A stretch of 64,000 nt of DNA from an uncultured Clostridia bacterium. GTDB lineage: Bacteria; Bacillota; Clostridia; TANB77; CAG-508. Below, piece by piece: positions 56,157 through 64,000 of the stretch (positions within the stretch are counted from its first letter, which is position 1; each line of letters opens with the position of its first letter). Position numbers and translations under genes: made by a program. The stretch covers positions 12,421-76,420 of the forward strand of contig CALXKK010000002.1 of the NCBI GenBank assembly GCA_944388935.1, written 5' to 3'. A model generated the notes under the pieces. The model was not told the DNA's origin. It was given only the letters and a program-made list of their open reading frames with translations, and did not search any database.

Positions 56157-59100
56157 TTACATTATTATTTCAATATTATATATTTCTCCATCATCTAATA
56201 ATTTTATTTCTTTGTCAAAAACTTCATTTCCATTGCAATACATCTTTTTTACCCCAGTATTTTTTCCATCAGGATTTCTTACAATAATATGATAGATACT
56301 ATTTTTATATTTGTAATTTATTTTATATTCTTTCCATTCTTTAGCAATACATGGTTCTATCCTTAAAATATTATTTGATATTCTTAATCCCAAAATATAT
56401 TCCACTCCTGCTGTATATAGCCAACCACTAGAACCTGTATACCAAGTCCAGCCTCCTCTTCCTGCTAAATTTCTACTACTATATACATCTGCTGCAACAA
56501 CATATGGTTCTACTTTATATTTATTAGTACTTTCTTTTGTTCGTGTATGCTCTATTGGATTTATTAGTTTAAACATTTCTACAGCTTTGTCTCCAAATCC
56601 AAGCATTGCTTCTGCAATTATTGCCCAAATAGCACCATGTGTATATTGTCCTCCATTTTCTCTTACACCTGGTAGATATGACTTTATATATCCCGGATTT
56701 ACTTTTCCATTTTCAAAAGGTGGGTCCAATAATTTTATTAATCCATTTTCTCTATCTATTAAGTGAGTTTCTAAACTATCCATGCTTATGAATTTTTTAT
56801 CATTATCTGCAGCTCCAGAAATAACACCCCAACTTTGCGAAATTCCATCTATTCTGCACTCTTCATTTTCCATACTTCCAAGCGGTGTACCATCATCCAT
56901 AAAAGCACGCTTAAACCATTTTCCATCCCAAGCATTTTTATTAATATTTCTTTTTAAGTTTTCCATAATTTCTGCATATTTCTCGTTTTCATCAATCTTT
57001 AAAACATTTGTCCATTTATTTAATATATCATATAAGAAAAATGCAAGCCATACACTTTCTCCCTTTCCTTTTACACCTACATTAGAAAATCCATCATTCC
57101 AATCACCTGAACCAATCTTAGGTAATCCATTTTCTCCGAAATTAAAAGCTCTTTCTATTGCTTTTTTGCAATGCTCGTATATACTTCCTTCTGTCTCGGA
57201 TGCATTATACAAACTATATCTTTCCATTTCTCCTTCTTCTAATATTTTTCCTTCCAAATAATTCGTTCTTACATCTAAAATTGTTCTATCTCCAGTGACT
57301 TCTATATATTCCAACACTGCATAAGGAAGCCATAATAGGTCATCCGAAAATCTAGTTCTTATTCCCATCTTAGTTTCTTTATGCCACCAATGCTCCACAT
57401 CACCTTCTATAAATTGATGCTTGCTGCTTTCTATTATCTGGTTCTTTAGTAAATTAATATTAATATATTTCATGTTCAAAGCATCTTGAAGTTGGTCTCT
57501 AAAACCTGTTGCTCCACCAGATTGATAATATCCTGTTTTTCCTAATAATCTGGATGCTATTGTTTGATAAACAAGCCATCCATTTAGTAATATATTCATA
57601 GATTCTAAAGGTGTTTCTACTTGCACTGTATTTATAATATTTTTCCAATATTCCTTTATTTCTTCCAATGCAGATTTGCAATTTTCTATATTAGTATATT
57701 TTTCTGTTAATTCCGGTATTTTGGATTTATCATCCTGTCCAAATATAATTGAAATTTCGGTAGATTCATATGGTTTTAATTCGATATTTATTTTTACAGC
57801 AACACATGACTCTTCTCCAATTCCATCACTATTATCCAAAGAATTAATAAATAAAGCATTTGGCATCTTTATATCACCATTACCAACAAATGATTTCTTA
57901 CTTCCTGTAAATGAATTTATATTTTTGTTGCAAGACACAAAACTTATTTCATTTAATAAATTATCAAATCTGTTAATTGCAAATACGATATTTTCTTCTT
58001 TCTTTACCTCTATTTTGCCATTTGTTTGTAGCTCATCTTCTCCTAATACAGGTTTTAAATAATAAAATATGCTTAATTTTTTTAGTTCATCTGTAGTATT
58101 TTTCAAACTAATTAAATTAATCTTTACTTTGTCTTTTTTGGGCACAAAGATTTGATTCTCCTGTATTATTCCATCTGCAGTATGATTATATTTTGCGTAT
58201 CCAAATCCATAGGTAATATAATAATCATTATCATCTTCTATTACTCTGTTTCCTAATGTCCAAAAATATTTACTCTCATTATTAATAAAATAAAGCATTT
58301 CCGATGGAATATCTTTACTAGTATAATTTGCAAATGCTGTTAATCTGTTTAATCTACTATTTGCATTCCAAATATATCCACCCGCACCATCTGTAACAAG
58401 TGTACCAAAATCTTTATTGGCAATTACATGACTCCAAACAGTTGGCAAGGTTATATCCTTGTTTGTTTTTATATAATATTCTTTTCCACTTTTAGAAAAA
58501 GCACCATATTCATTATAATATTTTAAGTTTTCTACCGAATCTATTTTTTCTAAAGCAGGAGTTCTTATTTTTTCTGTTGTTTTTAAATTAAGAGTTTCTA
58601 TTGGTGCACTAATAAATTTCTTTTGCTTATTGTATATTTTCTTAATTTTATTTAATTGATAATTTATATTGCCTAAATTTGCATCAATCACTAAATCTGA
58701 TGAAAACAAAATTAAATCATTATCCGCTTTAGTCAATTTATTAGCAATTAGTACAAATATTCCTGCTCTAATATTTTTTGTATAGTCCAAATGTGCATTT
58801 AAAATTGCTGTGTTTATATATTCTACAAGGTCTTCCTCTTCACTTAAGATTACAAATTCAATTTGAATATTTTTCACTTTTAGTATTTCGTATAATTTTA
58901 AAAGTTTATTTAAAAGATACATATCATTAATATTTTTTAATTTTAAAGTCAAAATCGGAAAATCTCCAGAAATACCAAATTTCCATAAATCGCTCTTTTT
59001 AAAGTTTTCGTTCTTAATTTTATTTCTATAAAACCATCTAACATAATTAGGTTTTAAAAGAAGTGTAATAAGTTTTTGGTACTCGGCAAGTTCATTTCCT

Positions 59101-62100
59101 TTTATTTGTAGATATCTTGATTCCTCGATTGCCTTAGCTTTCGAAATTTCAAAAATATTTCTTATAGCTTCTTGATTTCTAACTTTCTCTATATTAGAAA
59201 TTGCCTCTTCTTTTTCTTCTGCAACTGATATTATAAAATACAATTCTACAGAAGAATTCGCTGGAATTTTTAATGTCCTTTTTATAGCAACAATTGGCTC
59301 TGTAACTAGTCCAATAGAATTAGAAAATCTTTTTCTTTCTTTTATTTGCTTTGGTAAGCTAAAATTATTAGGACTATTAAATTTCTGCGCATCAATCTCG
59401 TATTCTAACTCTCCCATAGTTTCGTCTTCTGTATAAAAATTAACCCCTAAAAATATACTCTTACCATTTGCATCTCTTTTTCTTCTCTCTATTATTAAAG
59501 TTTGTTTTTCGGAATTAAAGTCATATCTTAAAAATAAATTATTAAAAGCTTTGTGTGCAATATCCGCATTTATATCTGATATAATCGGTTCAAAACTTCC
59601 TGTAACTTCTATTATTTCATCTTCATTTCCTATATTCGTAAATGCAATCTTTCTTATTTCTGTCGCTTCATTCTGGCTAACTGTTACATCTAATTTAGTT
59701 TCTATATTTCCGTCCAATCTCTCTATAGTATTGCTATCCGGCTTAAAAATAACTTTATATCTGCTAGGCTTACTTATATCTTGGCAATAGTTCGATGTCC
59801 AAATTTTATTTCCATTAATATTCCTTATAAAGAAATTAATTCCTTGTGCATAGTCATCTGTATATTTATACCTATTTATATAAATGTCATCAAACTTACT
59901 ATAACCATTTCCCTTTTCGTCCATTACTACTGTGTAATTTTGATTAGAAATAACATTACACCTATCAGCTTTTTCTACATCATCAAATTCGATTCTATAG
60001 TATGATTCATAGTCTTTATATTTTAATTTTTCTGGAACTTCTTTCTTTTGCTTTGTTATAATTATATCTTCCGGCATTTTCTCTTGTAGTAAAATTTCTG
60101 TTGCTTCTATTTCTGGGTTCTTAGAAAATCTTTGTTGAATAATATTTTTATGGAAAAAATTATTTATAGAAATTAAAATTAGAGCTTGGTGATGCGCCAT
60201 AAATGTTTTAACAACTTCTTTTCTTTCGCCTTCTTTTAATCTGCTTTTAGTATAATCTATAGATTCATATAAACCATACTTTCCAAAGGCTCCCTCAACT
60301 TCTAGTCTTTCTATATTTTGTAATACTTCTCTTGGATAATCGTAAATTGCAAGAACTGTGCCATAAGAAGAAACTACCATCTCATCCCCAAGGCCTCTTT
60401 TTAGACCAAGCCATGGAATTCCAAATGCTTTATATTGATAATTTGATTTTAAGTCTTTTAAATTAAAAGCTGATTCAGAAATTCCCCATGGTATATTTAA
60501 TTTCTCGCTATATTTCATTTGGCTCATAACCATAAATTTACAAGATTCATCTAGTAAACTTCCCTCATAGCTCTTCATATTTATATTTGGCATTAAATAT
60601 TCAAAAGCTGTACCAGACCACGAAATTAATCCTTTATATCCATCCATTGTAGTTAAGGTTCTATTTAAGCTAGCCCAATGTTTTGCCGGTACATCCTTTT
60701 TGCAAATTGCAATAAAACTTGCTTGTCTTGCCTCTGATGCTAGTAAATCATAATATGAATCTGTAAGTTTATTTTCGTTTACATCAAATCCAATAGAAAA
60801 CAACTTTGTAGAATTATTATATAGCAAAGAAAAATCTGTTTTATTTATAAGTTCATCCACCATTGCAATATATTCATTTATATTTTCATATAACCTATTA
60901 TGCTCCTTTAAGAATCGCCTTACAATATATAAATACCCCACAAAATTTCCACTATCTACAGTTGAAACATATCTTGGTTCCAAAGGTTTTAATGTTCTTA
61001 TGTCATACCAATTATAAAGGTGTCCATTCCATTTTTCTAGTTTTGTAATTGTATCTATCATATTTTGCAATAAACTTACACTAGCATAAATATTTTCGAA
61101 ACCTAAGTCGTATGCAGAAATTACAGACACCATTGCTAAACCTATATTTGTAGAAGATGTTCTTGTTACAATTTTGTTTTTTCTGTTTTCTTGATAATTA
61201 TCCGGTGGTAAATAATTATTTTCTTTTGTTAAATAATCCTTAAAATAATTCCATGTGTTATGCGCAATATTTAAAATATAATTTTGATGTTTTTTGTCTA
61301 TCCTTTTTAATGGGTCTTTTTCCGGAAGTTTTTTTCCAATTTCTAATGAAATAAATGGAGTTATTAACCATAAAATTCCTATAATTATTGTAATAATACT
61401 TGCTCTAAAAATATTAATTAAAACTGCAAAAATAAGGTTTGCAAACATATATCCTACATATGTGTCCAAATTATCTTGTTTGCTAGCTTCTGCCTCTTCT
61501 GCTGTTGTCCATTCTAATAACTTTTTCTTACTAAAATATTTCCTATAAACAGCTTGTATCACAGCCTTTATTTCTATATAGGTTTTTGTTGGCAAAAAAG
61601 CAATATCAAACAAAGCTTTAACGCCAATACCTTTCCATCCATTTACCATAGGTGTAAAAGATTTTTTGAATTTCTCTCCATCTTTTCTAAAAATAATTTT
61701 GTTAACTAATTCTAATACTAAAGTTATACAAATTGAAACAATTGCAAGTAGTATAATACTAAATTTATTTAAATAAATTCCTATCACTAATAAACTTAAC
61801 GAAAATAAATCTACTATGCTTCTTCTTAGATTATCAAATATTTTATACTTTGATAATTTATTAAGAGGATTTTTTATTGTTTCGTTTTTTCCATTTTTAA
61901 TTTTTCCGCAAAGCCAATTACATATTTGCCAATCTCCACGTATCCATCTATTTAATCTTGTTGTAAATGAAATAAAATTGGTTGGGTATCCGTCCATTAA
62001 CAATATATCTGATGCTAGTCCACATCTTAAATAAGAACCTTCTAATAAGTCATGACTTAAAACAGTATTCTCTGGAATTGCATCTTTCATTATGTTATAA

Positions 62101-64000
62101 AAAGTATTAAGCTCGTATATTCCTTTCCCTGTGAATATTCCTTCATCAAAATTATCTTGGTAAAAATCGGAAATGGCATTTGTATATAAATCTGTTCCAG
62201 CAGAACCTGCAAAAATTTTGCTAAACCAAGATTTATTTGCACTTACCAAATCTATTCCTACCTTTGGTTGTATAATTCCATGTCCCTCTATTACAACCCC
62301 ATCTTTTAGAATTGGTTTATTTAATATATGTTCCATCGTTCCGATTAATTCGAATGCAGAATTTAAAACAAGGTTTGTATCAGAGTCCAATGTAATAATA
62401 TACTTTATCTTTGGTATCTCTTGCATATTGCTAATTGTATTAGCTATAAAATCTTCATCTGTTCCATTTACTAGGAACGCATTAAACTGCATTAGCAGTC
62501 CTCTTTTTCTTTCCCAACCTAAGTACTCATTTTCGCCTTCATTCCATCTTCTTTTTCTGTATAAAAAATTAAATATCTCCTTATTATATTTTTGGTTTAA
62601 TTCATTTGCAAAATGTATTCCTGCATTTATAATTTCCTTGTCGCCTTTTCTTTTTTCTATTTTAGAAGTCTTACAATCCCCAAGCAATGTAAAATATAAA
62701 TTATCGCTTTTATTTGCCAAATAATACACTTCTAATTTTTTAAACATCTCTTCTACTTTTTTACCAGAATCAACAATCGTTGGTACAACAACCATTGTTG
62801 CTTGTTCTTTTGTAATTTTATTTTGCAAATCCATCTTTGGTAATAATTTAGGTTTAACAATTTTGCTTAAAATATATTGCATTGTTTGATTCAATATTTC
62901 TTGTATTGGCAATAGTAAAATTAAACTTAAAAAATAATTTCTATATGCTTTTCCAAGTAAAACAGAAAACATAATAGAAAGTCCCCAAACGACTGCAATT
63001 ATTAAATTTAATTTTGTATTATTATTAATTTTAATCGGATTATATTCGATTTCTTTATATAATTCTTTCGTTCCTTCATCTATTAAATAATAGCCAATAT
63101 GGCTCTTCTTACCTTCTTTTCCTGTAGCTAACTCTACTAATTTTTTTGCAATATATACTTCTGATATCTTAGTTTTTTTAGATAATTCTTTTATTTTTCC
63201 TCTGTAATATGATTTAGTTTTATAATCCATTTTGTCATATACTTCTGCTGGATCCATTTTTAATATTTCTTCTACACCATTTAATTTTTCGAATATCTCT
63301 TGAAAATCTATTCTAGAAATATTTTTTAATGTTGTAATACAATTTCCCATCAGCACTTTCTTTATTGCAATATCAAAATGTTCCTTTTTTATAACATCAT
63401 TTATGTTTGTCCCCATCTTTTCTACAGCTTCTTCTAGAGCTTCTATATAATCGTAACTATCTTTATCCGTTTTCTTTAATTTGTATGACATATATTCTAT
63501 AAATGGATATTTCATTTCGCCATATCCAAATTTATAGCTTTTATATGGCTTTTTATTAAATACTTGATGTTCTTTATCCTTTAATTCTACTAGTCTTTCG
63601 ATTATATTTTCTACTCTATATTTTTGCATTTGGCTTGCATAAATCTTTTCGCAAATATCTTTTATATTTTCTATAATACTAATTTTTATAAATAATTCTA
63701 TATTCCAAATTTCATCCATATTTAGTGTTTTTCTTTTTTGATATGAACTTAGCATGAATTCTAAGTTTTCTTTATTTATATTACTATCTGTATATGTGCA
63801 CATCTCCTTTGCCAAAATATATATTCTAGCAAAACCCGCATAAGGACCGTTATCCAGTCCCAAAAACTTCTTATATTTCTTTAAATCTAACTCCTCTTTT
63901 ATTTGTTGCATTCTTTCTTCTATAATATAGTAATTATCTAAAAGCCACTCCCCCGCTGGATGAATATCTATTCCTAATTTTATATGTTCATTTAATAAAT
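56157..64000 (-). CDS. Cyclic beta-1,2-glucan synthase-like giant protein (GT84 glycosyltransferase + TM region + GH94 glycoside phosphorylase domain); N-terminus lies beyond the window
   Basis: At least 2614 codons open to the window edge, since the frame continues upstream of the ORF-track Met (HPAGEWLLDNYYIIEERMQQ...). The GT-A DxD is KYIITLDSDTNLV. Multiple TM helices are present (e.g. IAVVWGLSIMFSVLLG, VDLFSLSLLVIGIYLNKFSIILLAIVSICITLVL). The C-terminal GH94 signatures are SGDWNDGFSNVG (the catalytic DWND) and NGGQYTHGAIWAI. Confidence 0.85.
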   Translation of the reverse strand, partial: LLNEHIKLGIDIHPAGEWLLDNYYIIEERMQQIKEELDLKKYKKFLGLDNGPYAGFARIYILAKEMCTYTDSNINKENLEFMLSSYQKRKTLNMDEIWNIELFIKISIIENIKDICEKIYASQMQKYRVENIIERLVELKDKEHQVFNKKPYKSYKFGYGEMKYPFIEYMSYKLKKTDKDSYDYIEALEEAVEKMGTNINDVIKKEHFDIAIKKVLMGNCITTLKNISRIDFQEIFEKLNGVEEILKMDPAEVYDKMDYKTKSYYRGKIKELSKKTKISEVYIAKKLVELATGKEGKKSHIGYYLIDEGTKELYKEIEYNPIKINNNTKLNLIIAVVWGLSIMFSVLLGKAYRNYFLSLILLLPIQEILNQTMQYILSKIVKPKLLPKMDLQNKITKEQATMVVVPTIVDSGKKVEEMFKKLEVYYLANKSDNLYFTLLGDCKTSKIEKRKGDKEIINAGIHFANELNQKYNKEIFNFLYRKRRWNEGENEYLGWERKRGLLMQFNAFLVNGTDEDFIANTISNMQEIPKIKYIITLDSDTNLVLNSAFELIGTMEHILNKPILKDGVVIEGHGIIQPKVGIDLVSANKSWFSKIFAGSAGTDLYTNAISDFYQDNFDEGIFTGKGIYELNTFYNIMKDAIPENTVLSHDLLEGSYLRCGLASDILLMDGYPTNFISFTTRLNRWIRGDWQICNWLCGKIKNGKNETIKNPLNKLSKYKIFDNLRRSIVDLFSLSLLVIGIYLNKFSIILLAIVSICITLVLELVNKIIFRKDGEKFKKSFTPMVNGWKGIGVKALFDIAFLPTKTYIEIKAVIQAVYRKYFSKKKLLEWTTAEEAEASKQDNLDTYVGYMFANLIFAVLINIFRASIITIIIGILWLITPFISLEIGKKLPEKDPLKRIDKKHQNYILNIAHNTWNYFKDYLTKENNYLPPDNYQENRKNKIVTRTSSTNIGLAMVSVISAYDLGFENIYASVSLLQNMIDTITKLEKWNGHLYNWYDIRTLKPLEPRYVSTVDSGNFVGYLYIVRRFLKEHNRLYENINEYIAMVDELINKTDFSLLYNNSTKLFSIGFDVNENKLTDSYYDLLASEARQASFIAICKKDVPAKHWASLNRTLTTMDGYKGLISWSGTAFEYLMPNINMKSYEGSLLDESCKFMVMSQMKYSEKLNIPWGISESAFNLKDLKSNYQYKAFGIPWLGLKRGLGDEMVVSSYGTVLAIYDYPREVLQNIERLEVEGAFGKYGLYESIDYTKSRLKEGERKEVVKTFMAHHQALILISINNFFHKNIIQQRFSKNPEIEATEILLQEKMPEDIIITKQKKEVPEKLKYKDYESYYRIEFDDVEKADRCNVISNQNYTVVMDEKGNGYSKFDDIYINRYKYTDDYAQGINFFIRNINGNKIWTSNYCQDISKPSRYKVIFKPDSNTIERLDGNIETKLDVTVSQNEATEIRKIAFTNIGNEDEIIEVTGSFEPIISDINADIAHKAFNNLFLRYDFNSEKQTLIIERRKRDANGKSIFLGVNFYTEDETMGELEYEIDAQKFNSPNNFSLPKQIKERKRFSNSIGLVTEPIVAIKRTLKIPANSSVELYFIISVAEEKEEAISNIEKVRNQEAIRNIFEISKAKAIEESRYLQIKGNELAEYQKLITLLLKPNYVRWFYRNKIKNENFKKSDLWKFGISGDFPILTLKLKNINDMYLLNKLLKLYEILKVKNIQIEFVILSEEEDLVEYINTAILNAHLDYTKNIRAGIFVLIANKLTKADNDLILFSSDLVIDANLGNINYQLNKIKKIYNKQKKFISAPIETLNLKTTEKIRTPALEKIDSVENLKYYNEYGAFSKSGKEYYIKTNKDITLPTVWSHVIANKDFGTLVTDGAGGYIWNANSRLNRLTAFANYTSKDIPSEMLYFINNESKYFWTLGNRVIEDDNDYYITYGFGYAKYNHTADGIIQENQIFVPKKDKVKINLISLKNTTDELKKLSIFYYLKPVLGEDELQTNGKIEVKKEENIVFAINRFDNLLNEISFVSCNKNINSFTGSKKSFVGNGDIKMPNALFINSLDNSDGIGEESCVAVKINIELKPYESTEISIIFGQDDKSKIPELTEKYTNIENCKSALEEIKEYWKNIINTVQVETPLESMNILLNGWLVYQTIASRLLGKTGYYQSGGATGFRDQLQDALNMKYININLLKNQIIESSKHQFIEGDVEHWWHKETKMGIRTRFSDDLLWLPYAVLEYIEVTGDRTILDVRTNYLEGKILEEGEMERYSLYNASETEGSIYEHCKKAIERAFNFGENGLPKIGSGDWNDGFSNVGVKGKGESVWLAFFLYDILNKWTNVLKIDENEKYAEIMENLKRNINKNAWDGKWFKRAFMDDGTPLGSMENEECRIDGISQSWGVISGAADNDKKFISMDSLETHLIDRENGLIKLLDPPFENGKVNPGYIKSYLPGVRENGGQYTHGAIWAIIAEAMLGFGDKAVEMFKLINPIEHTRTKESTNKYKVEPYVVAADVYSSRNLAGRGGWTWYTGSSGWLYTAGVEYILGLRISNNILRIEPCIAKEWKEYKINYKYKNSIYHIIVRNPDGKNTGVKKMYCNGNEVFDKEIKLLDDGEIYNIEIIM

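Overview
This is an AT-rich (~25-30% GC), gene-dense chromosomal window from a Firmicute, most likely Clostridium-like. It carries conserved core loci, mostly on the minus strand.

Core genes:
- topB (partial), rplM-rpsI, a comM-dprA-yraN competence/recombination cluster, and ogg.
- rnc, acpP, plsX and the str operon (rpsL-rpsG-fusA-tuf).
- trmFO, an SNF2/SWIM helicase and topA.
- A dcw cluster: mraZ-rsmH-ftsL ... pbp-murE-mraY-ftsW-murG.
- nadD-like, mscS, gltX, an argGH operon behind an Arg-type T-box leader, and RNase J.
- The C-terminal ~2600 codons of a giant GT84+GH94 cyclic beta-1,2-glucan-synthase-like protein that runs off the window.

Unexplained or novel-looking content:
1. Two paralogous two-gene modules, on opposite strands. 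Each has its own promoter and encodes a ~50-aa acidic protein with a shared KM(T/S)x(D/E)EL motif followed by a ~415-aa coiled-coil protein with a shared xFF(S/T)K patch.
2. Five compositionally atypical (~40-50% GC) single-gene islets. These are a 222-aa unknown, a GH13 amylase-family enzyme, an 80-aa two-TM protein, a GT2 glycosyltransferase, and a 140-aa unknown. Each sits in an intergenic gap with a strong RBS, and four of the five have their own GC-rich hairpin terminator; the 80-aa gene is followed by a hairpin without a T-tract. Four are also driven by a native AT-rich near-consensus sigma-A promoter; no clean promoter was found for the GH13 gene.
3. A cysteine-less, presumably Fe-S-free homolog of the TIGR01212 radical-SAM family, in the conserved post-rnc position.
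4. Three translationally coupled unknown genes fused onto the end of murG.
5. A dcw cluster interrupted by HAD-phosphatase / GT2 / GH3 genes.
6. An unusual inverted/direct repeat element with tandem Spo0A-box-like motifs next to ogg.
7. A 20-nt perfect palindrome lodged between the SD and AUG of one small ORF.
8. A ~70-aa basic low-complexity N-terminal extension on RNase J.

No rRNA, tRNA, CRISPR, IS or prophage features were seen.
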